Assembly (NCBI RefSeq): GCF_037042905.1
Contig: NC_087251.1
Span: 9,426,001 to 9,486,000, forward strand
Direction: 5' to 3'
DNA length: 60,000 nucleotides
Source of the DNA: Lytechinus pictus
Lineage: Eukaryota
Made by a program: the position numbers and the translations under genes. Below, in pieces: positions 13,396-25,741 of the stretch (its first letter is position 1; the number at the start of each line of letters is the position of its first letter). The notes under the pieces are model-generated. The model saw nothing but the letters and a program-made list of their open reading frames with translations, ran no database searches and was not told the origin of the DNA.

Positions 13396-14172
13396 CTGTT
13401 CACAAGTAGAAAAAATAATTACAGATTGATACGAAATTATTATCATTTTGATAATGAATTACATGAATATATCCATTAAAAAATATGTGTTTGACAAGAC
13501 GGCGCGCCGCGGCGCAGCGGGGGTGGGGTACCGCCCCTGTGGTTTTCAAGTAGTTGTCAAAGTTCTCAGCATGCCTATATAGAACGATTCTATTGAAACG
13601 CTCAACTTTCCCGTTACCCTCAGGGTAATGGAGTTGCATGGGATCAAACAAAGAGAAAAAAGGTGATGATACGATGGCGAAAAGGAAAGAATAAGAGTAG
13701 AAAAGAAAGAGGTCAGGGCCATGTATCCTGATCAATTAAGAAAACTATATCTTCACCTTCAGATCGTCCTTATCCCCCCCCCCCCCCCACACACACCTCC
13801 TAATAGAATATCATATAGGACCGTTATTATATTAGCTCGACATTTCCATGACTGTCAGGGCCCTGGGAACGATTTTTTTTTTAACTGGGGGTGCTGATGT
13901 AACTTTGACAAGCAAAAAAAAAGGGGGTTTTCACTACAAAATGTAGATCATAGTATTTCTGGCGCGGATAAATTTGACAAGCAAAAAAAAAATAAATAAA
14001 AAGGTTTTCACTACAAAATATTGGTCATTTTGCTTACATGGGGGGGGGGGGGGGTGCTGCCTATATATGGAAAATAATACACGTATAGCACCCCCAGGGA
14101 AAATCTTGGGGAGCATGCTGGTGACAGCTGTCAGTGACCATAATGAAATACCTGATTGCATGCTCGTATTAC

Positions 14173-15070
14173 CTGATCAAGCTTTGCTGGCGGTGTCACT
14201 GTCAGACCCCCTCCTATCAAAATAATATTAGGTGCGATAGGAAAGGGAAATTCCGATGAAGTATGAATGTTGATAAGATGCAAATCGAAATATTTGTGCC
14301 AATTAAGTCCATAAGCTTAGGTCGAACTCGTTCTGATCAAAACCCATGTTCCTTGCAACTTTTTCATACGGTGGTATAGCTATCTCACTTGCTAAAAAGA
14401 GTACCGAACTGAAGAAAAAGACGTTATTGACCCTCTGCAAGAAGGTCATTCTGTTGGTGTATCCAGATGATATCTCTGGTTGAAAGGCAAGATTAAAATA
14501 AGATCCACTATACAATAGCAGGGTTCCATCAGGAATGTTTGGTGTCATTGATATCATCTTAATGTGTTTGCTGTAATTGAGAGTTCGTTCAAGGACATGT
14601 CTCATCACCATGCCACAAATCCAAGCAGGATCCACTATTATCGCATCTATTCCTTCCAGTTGTTTCATGATGGTGACGTCACGTAGGACACCTTCGCAAT
14701 CTTCCGCCATCGACTCGCTAAGTAGAGAAAACAACTCCAGCAACTGAGTTTCTTTACTTTTAAATACGAATGTGTTGGCCTGGAAAAACATTTGACGGAC
14801 ATCCTCCGTCGATCTGTTCCGATGATCGAAGATGAGGAAGTGTAGTTTGGAATACCTCGGATCCTGAGCCCTATGTTCATATGCCCTACTGATGAGAACA
14901 GTCACGTTATGCCCTTTGTCAACTAATCCCTGGGCCACGGCCGCTCCAGCGAAAAAATGGCTTCCCTCTCCGTATATAGGGGAGACCAAGATATTGAAAC
15001 TAGAGACCGTCTGCCAAACTATTGAGAAGAATACCACTGTGTAACAGCAGCAAATCGATAGTCGATACAT
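14173..15070 (-). pseudogene. UDP-glucuronosyltransferase, coding exon 1, frameshifted near 14305-14318
   Basis: Signal peptide, GEGSH...LVDKGHNVTVL, MTFLQRVNN; stop at 14303-14305, while the +1 frame continues DLHLINIHTSSEFPFPIAPNIILIGGGLTVTPPAKLDQ to a CAG|gtaat donor at 14172. Confidence 0.85.
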
Positions 15071-16807
15071 TCTCTAATATCTGTAAATTCGCATTCAATC
15101 TAAATAGATTTCTCAATCGAGGCTCACAGTAGCCAATGCTTTCAACAGAATAAAAGGGGGTAAGAAAAGTTTAACTTGTTCAATGCCGATTTTTCAATGA
15201 GCCCATTCGCAGTTAAACGCCGACGAGATATATATCCGTCGGTATCTCGTCGGTACAATACGGAAGACTCGTCTTAGACTTTACATACGTGCACTCTCAG
15301 GCTGACGTCCATCGATGAGTCATCGGATTTGTCAGACAATGCAAATTGACTATTGTGTTTATGTAATCAGTTTATTCAGTCAGCATTTAAGTCTACATTA
15401 CCCTTCCAAGGAGCAATTAAGGATCCTATGTCTGCAACTTCTCATCATTAATCCCGACCTTTCGTTGCAAGAACGCGAACGCTTATTTACGACGTTAGTT
15501 GATTTTGGAAGAGACTTTTGGGCCCGTCGTACATGGTCTTAAAACTCTGTCCTGCAATGCAAATTGTGTGACATGAGATTTTTTTTTCGTTTCGCATTAT
15601 CTGGAACAGAAACATTGAATTTGCGTTTCGTGTGCAAATTCTGGTTGCTACTATGGTAACAGCGATATATCCGATTTAGGACGACTTTCCAAATCCACAT
15701 TTGGTCCTCCCAGAGCTCGAGAGGCCGCCCCGGGGGGGGGGGCCCACTTTCATTGAAGAGTGGATACCAGGCGCAACAACGCGTAAAAAGGGAAAGAGTG
15801 GGTAAGTACGTTACGTATAGGCCTATGTATAACGTTATAAAGGTGTCAAAAACGATGATTAAAATACTGAAAAAAGGGATATATTTCCAATACTTGTAGG
15901 GTTTCACAAGCCAAATAATTGTTAAAAGATGCATTTTCATAATCTGGAAAAGACTTGCTTCCCTTGTTTAGGGTACTTTTCGAAACCCCATGGTCGTGCC
16001 TGGTATCCACTCATCAATGGAAGTGGTCCCCCCGGAATTTGAATCTATAACCCCCCATTTCTGGGGAAAGTAAAACATAATACCCTTTACATCGTGTGCT
16101 AGAGGCGTATCGTTTGTGTAGAAGGAGTGAACAAAAGAAACAAAAGAAACCCGCATTTTCAAACGTATTGTGTGTACATGTGCGAAATGTGTTTGGCTTG
16201 AGAGGTGATCTGACCCATGGAATCAATTGCCAGTCTTCCACCAATAATCCACATTAAATGCATTATCGATTCGATGGACTGTAATGTTGTTTCATCATGA
16301 CTTTATTCAAGTTCAAAGACACTGATATACAATATATACATAAAGAGACCAGGTCCATCGTTTCCATTCCAAACAAATGGCAGGTCAGTACATGGATTAC
16401 AAGACAAGTAATACGTATATATACCAATATAGAGAATTATTTAGAGTAACATAAATGCAGGAAAATAATTAGTAAAAGCTGTCGTTGATATCACGTTGGA
16501 AAAAAAAAAACACTCAATCAGTCTTCTAAATCAGAGCTGGATATGTAAATGGAATTAATCAACTACTGCATACAACCTGAAATGTACAGACAACATTACG
16601 AGAGGTGTTTTGTACCCAATTTCAACTACGGTATCTTCTTAATTATTATCATTATATATACGGCTGTGATCATTATATGTTTTTGTGTATTCAAATCAAC
16701 TTAATTAGCTACTGACATCACAAAGTTATGAGAGTAATATTAGTAAAGTACATTTGCCTTGCGCAAAAAACATAGTGAGGCAAATTATCTTGGGCCTTTG
16801 GGGATGG

Positions 16808-19774
16808 TTACGGGTCCAAGTGACGTACCTCCCCCCAGGTTCGCTCTTTTCTTGCGTAGAATATCGAAAAAGAGGAGAGTATGGCGAGTTTAGAAAGAGT
16901 ATGGAAAAATTCTGTTGGTCGGACTTTTGAGCTTGTTGTTCTAAGGAGTTTTTTAAGGCGGTGGTCTACTAGGCCCCTTGCCCCGACTTCTACGGCGTAG
17001 AATGACACCATGTACCCCTTTTCTTTGATATCCCTGACGATTGACTCATACTTTGTGACTTTCCTTTGGTGTGCATTATCGATGTTGGTTTCAAATGGGA
17101 TTGTTAATTCGGTGATAATTATCTCTTTTTGATCTTCCCGTAAAATTACTAGATCTTGGCGCAAAGTGGTTGTGAAAATGTGGGGTGGTACGGTGCCCCC
17201 GGCGATTGATTGCCCTTCTAAATCAGTATAAATATTCCCGTTAGTCAGATTTTCAAGAAATGTTTTATGCATGAACCTCAAAATGTTATTATGACGCCAC
17301 TCATATCTCTCAAGGAAGACTGGGCAGTTTGAGAGTATATGATGGAGGGTGCCTGTGGTACCAGGGCAGAATATACATTTATCATTTAGGCGTTTACCCC
17401 AGGTATGCAAGTTTGTATAAGAGGGTAAAGAGTCAATACATGCATTAACAACAAAACTTAGAACTCGTTTTGGGAGATTATACATAATAGATTTCCAAGT
17501 TAGGTTTTCATTTTGCAGTAATAACAAGGAGGCAAATTTTCCCTGGACCAAGAGTGGCTCCACTCTATCAGACCAATATTTAACTGTGTCTTCCTCTATT
17601 ATCTTCTTAACGGTTTTCTTCACAGTATGCCATGGACTAGTCTCAACATTGATAGCATTTTCAACTCTACGATGGGTTTCGTTACATTGTACGACAGTTG
17701 ATTGTTTACGTGACCATTGTGACTCTCTTTCAATAGCAGAATCAATCGCTTGATTAACTACTGAATCCGCTTTAACTCTCGATCTGCTAAAAGCGGTAGA
17801 TTGGGATTGGCGGTAAATGTCGGATAGTCTCGGGATATTGAGACCTTGAGGTAAGTGGACCATTGCAATGTTGGCACCTCGAGAAGGGATACCTAACCAA
17901 TTTTTCAGGTATTTATCGGTTAGCACGTCGAATTTATCTAAGTGGGTTTTTTGTAATGTATGGACTATGAGCAAAAAGCGGATAGAATTGAGTACGTATC
18001 GTGAGTAAATGGCAACTTTAAACTCAGGACGTACGGATAATTCGTCTACTCTTTGGATTCTGTCAGCAATTTCCTTATGGACAAAATCATATACTTCAGC
18101 TGGTTTGCCACTGAAACAAATATTTGATCCCAAAAATTTGTGCGGCTTTTCTCTGATTGAACGAATATTTTCTGTGCCGATTGAGAACTTGATTTCTTTC
18201 GGGGTACCTCCACAAATTGACAGACTGCAACATTTGGCAGGTTTTAATTTAAGTCCCATCGACGATGTGTGTGAATGTAACTGATCAATTATCTTTTGAT
18301 GTTGTACTTTATTATTGGTTATCAAATTAAAATCGTCGGCGTACGGGGTTGTTATGATCCTGGTGCCATTCAGGTCATATCCCAGACTATCTTTCATTTG
18401 ACCGAGGTATTCAATTAGGGGGTTAAAACATGACAAGAAGATGATAGGTGAAAGGGGATCTCCCTGGAATACACCTTTTTTTAACATAAATGTTTCAGAT
18501 GACCATTTATTGCCTTTTACATTACCTTGCAATCTACCATACAGATTACGAATGTACACTGACAGATTATTGGGCACATGGAATCGACGTAGGGAATGGG
18601 AAATTAGTTCGTGAGATACACTACCAAAAGCGTCAGCTAAGTCAAAGAACGTGACATGTACAGTGCGTTTCTAAGTTTTACTATGTGACATTATTTCATG
18701 TAAGACTTGATTGTGTTCCACGCAACCATTGATACCATTAATAAATGCCTTCTGAACGTTATGGTCAATGTAATTATTTGTAGTCAAGTAGTCAACTAAA
18801 CGATTTGCTAGTAATTGGTGGAAAACTTTACTTACACAAGAAGTTAACGAGATCATTCTGAAATTTTCTGGTACATTGGTATCCCCGCCCTTGTGTATGA
18901 GCGTTACTTGACAACGGGACCAACTCTCAGGGGGGTCGTGTGTTTCGAGAAGAAGTTGAGAAAATAGGGTGGCCAAAAAATGATGAACACACGGAGTATT
19001 TTTTAACAGACCATACATAAGGCCGTCTGGCCCGGGAGCAGAAGATGCCTTCTTGGCATATAATACCAATTTCACTTGCTTAGGAGTAACCGGGGTCAAA
19101 TCGAAATCATGGTTTGATTCATTAACATCAATGTATATTTAGGGAAACCAAATACATCTATTAAAGTCAATATGCTCTGTTTGAGAATATTTTCGTGGGT
19201 AGTACTCATCCGCGATTTCTTTCGAAAAGGAAATGGTGGGCGTAGTTCTGTTAAAGTCTCCGTTACATACTTGTTTCGAAAAGTTCCAAAAGTCATTTCT
19301 GTATCTTTTTTCTTGGTAAGCTGCGGTCTTTTCGGCTTTCCTCTTGTCAGATCGCTTTTTCAGAAAAGATACTGCTTTAACGGCAGATCGGAAGTTTTTC
19401 CTGTCCTCGTCCGTGGCTTCTTTGCTGAATGCTTTTCGGCGAAGAAAGTTTTTTCTTTTCCGCGCATCGGCGAGGGTTTTTGGTTCATGCTCGACATATT
19501 CTTGGGAGTTGTTTTCTTGAACGAAGTCAGGTTGCAAAGCGAAGTAATCGAAGACGGTACGACTGAAAGAATCGGCGGCCTCCTTTGGGGTCAGGATACG
19601 ATGGTTTAAGTCCTCGTGAATGGGCGTTATCCGTTCTTTCAATTCATTGTTCTTTTGCTGCCATTCATTTCTCACATACTGCGGAATGATGAAGCGGGTG
19701 AAAGCTTCTGAATGGGCGAGGTGAACAATGAGTAATGAACAAAAGCAGAGATGCATTATACCGTGGAAACCCAT
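16808..19774 (-). mobile_element. Non-LTR retrotransposon of the RLE (R2-group, HERO-like) type; single RT-RLE ORF with two premature stops
   Basis: RT motifs PGPDG, FRMISL, QKAF, DLADAFGSVSH, GVFQGDPLSP, YADD; CCHC knuckle CIFC...HILSNC; RLE motifs RQDLV...ITELTIPF...RKVTKY...VEVGARG. ORFs 19139-19816, 18671-19099 and 16808-18577 share one frame, separated by TAA (19139-19141) and TAG (18671-18673). Confidence 0.92.
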
Positions 19775-20278
19775 TGGCTTACGATTGGTGATCACGTGGT
19801 CAGTGGGTGGCGCCAACTTTGATAGCGGCTGAAAAGCCAGCGGATTGTAGACGATCAGCTAGTGGGGAAGGTCCCCGAGTCAACGCCTTGGACGCACGTT
19901 ATTTACGTTACAGTATTCGGATGAGAAATTCAAAATAATATGACATCGGGTTCTCCAATAACGGCTGATAATATTTTAATATCAACGACTGCTAGAAATA
20001 CTGAGTCACTCACCAAAACGATGATTACATTGACGATGATGGTGGACGCGGCCAAATCCGGAATTTTAAGCAAAATTTGCAGCGGTGAAAAAACCTTTTC
20101 CGAGATTGCCGTTACGCCCTCAAATGCCTATATCTAAGCCTTAATTTAGTAAATTTTTCCTCACTCAATATGTAGGCCCTACTCGATTTGTTTGAAAAAT
20201 TGAACCACTTTCTTATCCATGTCATATTCTATTTTAGGTCTTGCATTTCGAATATCTCCAGCCATCAGTCGTAATAAG

Positions 20279-20730
20279 CCAGTTCGTAGTTCCTTTCTGC
20301 GCATGATCAAAAGATTCTACGCATGATCAGAGGAAGGTCATTTGTACTAATTAAGTGACATGGTGGTTCAAAATCTAATGAGATAAATTAAGCACCAACT
20401 TTGATGTCTTGATTATTCATATATTCTTTTGAATTGTGGTTTTCATTTACATCCACAAAAAACAACAATGCGTCCACAAACGACTGGTATTTCACAGTTT
20501 GCCAAGAACATTGTGCAACATGCTATGATATGCATTCAAAGTAGGAATGCAACAAATACCTACATAAAGTGTTCATTGGTGTGCTGTTCTAGTCACCTGG
20601 TCTATTTATTTTTTTCATCCTGCTATGTAAGGCAAGCTTACGTAATATCTTGCTTTGAAATCTGCCTATCATAATGAAAGAAATGAAAGGTCATTTGACC
20701 AAAATTGTCCATGAAGTAACTACGAACTGG
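20279..20730. mobile_element. MITE of uncertain superfamily
   Basis: Inverted repeat CCAGTTCGTAGTT / AACTACGAACTGG. Confidence 0.6.
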
Positions 20731-22327
20731 TCTATACAAAATTGTATGGCGCGCGGGTGTCGCGGGGAAGAATTTTGCACACGAAAAGCAGATCTGTAGG
20801 GCATGTAACCCCCCTGTAACACAAATCTTAGCATTGATTGTAGAGCAGTTTTCTACGTTTGATTGTATTGACTATAATGTACAATCAATTTTAAAAATCA
20901 AGTGTATGATTAAGCGTCAACTTTTGTGTTAGGGGACCCTAATATTAGCGTCCGTGAGGATTGCGAAAGGTGGCAAATTAACGCTCGCCAAAACGCTACT
21001 TCCTTCCCGCCGATCATTACGAAACGAAACCTATATCATTGTCCAACGTTATCAGATTTCAAGTGTTTTTTTTTCAGATTTAGGATATTTTATTTCTCAT
21101 GCAAGTTAAGCTGTAAAATAGAATCGTTGAAGAGTAACAGGGAATAACTCGTAATCATAATAATCAAAATTCCAATTATGTACCCTTTCAAGACAGATTA
21201 TTTTGTAATGAAAATAGAATGTATATAGGTCCAGCTTAGAAATAGAGAAGGGATGTGATGGGGGCACATGGATGGGGGAGATAACTCGATGAGCAAAAAC
21301 TATGAAAAATCTTCGACTTGAATCCCCTTATTTTTTTTCTTCAAAATTCAAGCCCAAGCGAGAATCAAACGCTTTACCATACCCTTGAACTATATTATGT
21401 GCATTATAAAACGTCATTCACCTCTTCATACGATAACTAAAACAGATCAATGTAGCGCATAAATAAAACTCCAAACCGTTAGACCAATCAAGACCCCTGT
21501 TACATCTGGAAATCGGCGGCCCGGGCTGGCCCGAGTCCAGTTGCAATCCACCGTGCGTTAGAAAACTTTACTCCTCAAAAATATTCTCCCAAACACTAGA
21601 AAAAAGGTGGAAAAGAAAAGGAAATGAAGAAATAAAACAGAGTAAACTATTTTTTGATATGTTGTCAATATATGTCATAAAATATTTTTCGTATTAAAAA
21701 TATTTAAAATATTTCAACATTTAAAATGATTGATTGTTATTGTGTGTAAAATTCAGAATTATCAAGATTGGATGGATTATAATCAACTTGAAAAGGGTGG
21801 GTAATTTGGGATCTTCCTTATACATGAATAATGCGAGCGCAAAGCGCGAGCAGAAACTTTTTATATACGTTTTGAACTGATCGAAAAGGTACCCGTTAAG
21901 GACTGCTTGCACTATAGTCATGAAGACGTTACATATTTCAACAATCAAAATAATGCTAGTGCGAAGCGCGAGCTGAAATTTTTTGACATTTCTTCATAAA
22001 GAATGGAAAATTTCAATCAATTCTTGTAATCGTGAATAGGATAGTTATTTAACTATAATTTATTGATGCGAGCAAGAAGAGCGAGCGGAAAAAAATCGAG
22101 ATTTATAGACCTAAAAACTCGGGACACTATATAGCATTCGTGTCTTGTAAATCATGAAAATAATGGGTATAGGGGATCTCCCTACATTAATAATGCGAGC
22201 ACAAAGCGCGAGCAGAAAAATTCTGATATTGTGATCTGAAATTCGATAGGCTCATAAATATCTAAATAGAGAACAAGTTGAGTATCTGAATAAACATACG
22301 TACGCGTGTTTCAGATTCAGACCTATA

Positions 22328-22638
22328 GGCCCGTATTCTGAAGTCGGGTTTAACTTAAACTCAGGTTTAAAGTTGTGGTTTAAGTATGGATAGCCAATTG
22401 TTACATAAATCACTAACAGTAGATATACCTTATTTCAGCTCATTTGGCTCTCAAATCATTCATAGTTGTCTACGAAGTATAAGTAGATGATTGTCTTCAC
22501 CATCGATGAATCAGGAAAGAGCACAGTAATCATAAGAAACATACAACTTAATTAAAAAATTGATACTTTTGGCTTCCCATACTTAAACCACAACTTTAAA
22601 CCCGAGTTTAAGTTAAACCCGACTTCAGAATACGGGCC
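22328..22638. mobile_element. Harbinger-like MITE
   Basis: Long TIRs starting GGCCCGTATTCTGAAGTCGGGTTTAACTTAAACTC; TATA on both sides. Confidence 0.8.
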
Positions 22639-22925
22639 TATAGAATCTAGGCATTCTAAATACATCTTTTATCATGAAATCAAAGCGAGCGCGAAGAGCG
22701 AGCTTAAACTATTTGATATTCCGATCTGAAAAAAGAGTCAATTTCAGCTCTATATTTCAAGCAATTTGTAGGAAAATTGTGAGGTGGATACTTAATAAAG
22801 AGCTGATATTTTCATTATTACTTTGAGTTTTGACATATAGGACCGGGACATCTTTAGAAATATGAAAATGATGACTATCTTCCTATTCCTCTTGCTAAGC
22901 GCGAGATGAAACTAAAGGGACAATA

Positions 22926-23528
22926 AGGGATGGTCCAGGCTGGAAATATTTATATCTCAATAAATAGAGTAAAATTCACAGAGCAAAATGCTGAAAATTA
23001 TTTTGATCAAAATCGGATAACAAATAACAAAGTTATTGAATTTTAAAGATTTGCATTATTCCGGTGAAACATGCAGTTCTAGGCATATCTTTATGAATAT
23101 TCATTAGGTGGGCTGATGATGTCACATCCCCACTTGTTCTTTTGTATTTTATTATAGGAAATTAGGTTTATTCAATTTTTTACTACCAAGAACCAAAACG
23201 ATTGGATTGACAACGGATTAAGTGCATTAGTTATTTATTGCTGCAACTTATATGGGGACACATCATTTACACATGTATGAAAAAATGAAAAATTTATGAT
23301 TTCATGTAATAACTTAAGAAAAAGGAAAGTGGAGATATGACATCATCAGCCCACCTATTGAATATTCATGACAATGTGCATATAACCTTTTTCACAAAAT
23401 ATTGATAAACTTTAAAATTCAATAACTTAGTTATTTGTGATCCGATTTTGATGAAATTTTCAGCATTTTGCTCTGTGAATTTTACTCTATTTATTCAGAT
23501 ATAAATATTTTCAGCCTGGACCATCCCT
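22926..23528. mobile_element. Kolobok-like palindromic MITE
   Basis: TIR AGGGATGGTCCAGGCTG extending >200 bp imperfectly; TTAA on the right, degenerate on the left. Confidence 0.75.
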
Positions 23529-24944
23529 TTAATCATTAAATTAATATCTTATTCATTAATGCCTAATGAGGGCACGAAATCTGATGATATTATGGCCTGA
23601 AAACTGGACATTTCAAGCACGTTTGTAATTATAAATACTGCATCAGTTAGTATATTTTTAACTGTCAGGAAAAGGGGATTTTAAGTAGTTTGTTGTATAA
23701 TCAATATTGAGACATACATAACTCGCCAATCAAAATGCGAGCGTGCAGCGCTAGTTGATACGTTTTGACAATCAGGCCTGAAAAGGGATATTTTGAAAAC
23801 TTTATGGAATACACGAAAATAATAGGTACCTGATAACTCAAAGTTTGCGAGCGCGCAGCGCGAGCAGAAAATGATAATATTCAGACCATAAAACTGATAC
23901 TTTTACAGACTGAGCACTTTGTTAAAATTAATTTGTAAATCACACAAAATAATGAAAGTTCCATTTCCGAGGTGAAACATGTTTTGTATATTGACTTTCA
24001 AACTTGACAATTAAACTCCATATTGAACGCGATATGAAAATCACGTGACAGGCAATGCGAGCGCGAAGCGCGAGCGAAAATTTTATATAGTGACATGAAC
24101 GATTCCTTTATTTTTCAAGTCTTTCCCTCATCTTATTTTATTCATTCGTTTTCCTCCTCTTCTTTTTTTCCTCTCTTTTCTCTCCTTTTTTTTTTTTTTT
24201 CTTTCTTTCATTATTTTCCTTCTTTTGCTCCGCAAATAGGGGGGGGGGGGTGGGTCCCTCGCCTCCCCTATATTCGCCTATGTAAAAGCATGGACCTATA
24301 TTACAATTTTTTTTCTTTTTATAATTTGTAAGTAAGTAAGAGTACCGTAATTGAATTCGCAGCGCGCGCACGTACGTCGCACGCAGTCGACAGGGGCCTG
24401 TTGAATGAAAGGGTCTTTCGTAGAACCATTCTACGTAAGAACGAGATATCGCTCAACTGTTTCACAAAGCCGATTTGGGCGATACGAAGAATGGTCCTTG
24501 GAAAGACACCTCCAGGCATGTCCTACGTAGGCATGATCTTCTTTGCACACCGCCCGCCACCGTCGGCATTGAGAGAAAATGCGTTTACGGCAAGCCACAC
24601 TGACATATCACCTTTAAACATTTTTGGGGGGTTGCACACTGATGCATTTTATCTGGGATGGCGCCAAGTTATTTTATATATGGGGGATTGTTGTCATCAA
24701 TTTCAGGTCGTCTTGCCGTGCAAAAACATGTCATTTTGACTTCTCCGATTATGTCCGGGGGTAATGCAGGCTAGGCCCAAATATTTTTTGTAATATGTTT
24801 TCTTTTATTCTCCGTCCTAGGCCACACCATTTCCATTAATTTTTATTTGAAATATCGAAATGGGCGGCACTATCTCTCTGACCCCTCATGCTTTCTCATA
24901 GATAATTAAACAACATAAAAACAAATTTCTTTAAAAGAAATGAT

Positions 24945-25741
24945 ATATATATATATTTGTTTTTTTCTCCACTCACCTCTTTTAGATTTACCACATTTGC
25001 TTATTTACATGTATACTATGGTTTCTTCATAATACACCCCCTCTCTTCTATATTTGCTTTTACCTTTTTAGGCAATTTGCTTCCTCTTTTTCACATATAC
25101 AGATTTTTTTTCTTTCCTACTATATAGTCTTATGTTTTTTCCCGTCACACCTAGCGGATTACCATATCAGTTACACCATATGTGTATACATTTATATATT
25201 TTTCATATACATTTCTTTTTTGGATATATTTATATACATATCACTTATAGATACATATTTACACTTACCTTCTTCTCTTAGTTTGTTTAATGCTTTATCA
25301 TATATACTTATATGTCTTTTGCACATTATCAATTGTTCCCCATTCTTTTTCTTCTTTTTCCCCCCCACTCTTATGCACCAGTTTATTAAGCCTTTCTTTG
25401 TAACCTGTTTGACCCACCTCTCACTAATTCTCTAGTTATTCATCCCTCTATCACTGTTTTGTTCCAGATCCTGTTTGATGTTGCCTGCCTCATTATCTTA
25501 ATCCCTCTTGGCCTTACTTACACTAACTTCCCTTTGTGTCTGCCTACTCCTTTTCTTTTATCCCCTTCACTAACCTGATTGGTCTTCTCTACTCACTAAT
25601 GCCCCTTTTGTCTCCTTGTTTCTAGTGTTGCTGTAGCTTGTTTGTGGTCTATATTATGGTTGTTCCACTTTATATGTTTGTCATTTTGCCTCCGACGAAG
25701 ATTCTGCTAGGATCGAAAGCTTAGGCCCCTTTTTGACTTTA
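24945..25741 (+). mobile_element. Penelope-like element fragment (pLTR-type)
   Basis: 13-bp TSD TAAAAGAAATGAT (24932-24944, 25742-25754); T-rich strand; hammerhead-like motif at its end; missing from sister modules. Confidence 0.7.
25688..25726 (+). ncRNA. Minimal type I hammerhead ribozyme motif (variant core)
   Basis: GCCT-CCGACGA-A-GATTCT-gct-AGGATC-GAAA-GCTT-AGGC: stem I GCCU/AGGC, stem II hairpin, palindromic AAGCUU in place of helix III; core reads CCGACGA rather than CUGANGA. Confidence 0.65.

Larger units (their letters stand above)
21790..24282. repeat. Dispersed repeat with periodic AATGCGAGCGCGAAGCGCGAGC motifs (relative of 8959-9907; another copy inverted at ~48050-48800)
   Basis: Motif recurs around 21833, 21955, 22066, 22193, 22685, 23735, 23847 and 24055; boundaries approximate. 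Confidence 0.65.

Noticed and set aside
18671..19141. Programmed readthrough or multi-ORF organisation of the retrotransposon
   Set aside because: One stop falls inside the RT core between conserved motifs and the two stops differ; simple nonsense mutation is more parsimonious.
19780..19930. HDV-like ribozyme at the LINE 5' end
   Set aside because: Only a short GGGGA-cct-TCCCC hairpin was seen; the nested double pseudoknot could not be built by eye. A covariance-model search would settle it.
24401..24739. ORFs in the foldback module heads (also 27000-27431, 32398-32643)
   Set aside because: Similar peptides arise from the DNA repeat itself; starts are non-ATG, frames differ between copies, and no domain is recognisable.
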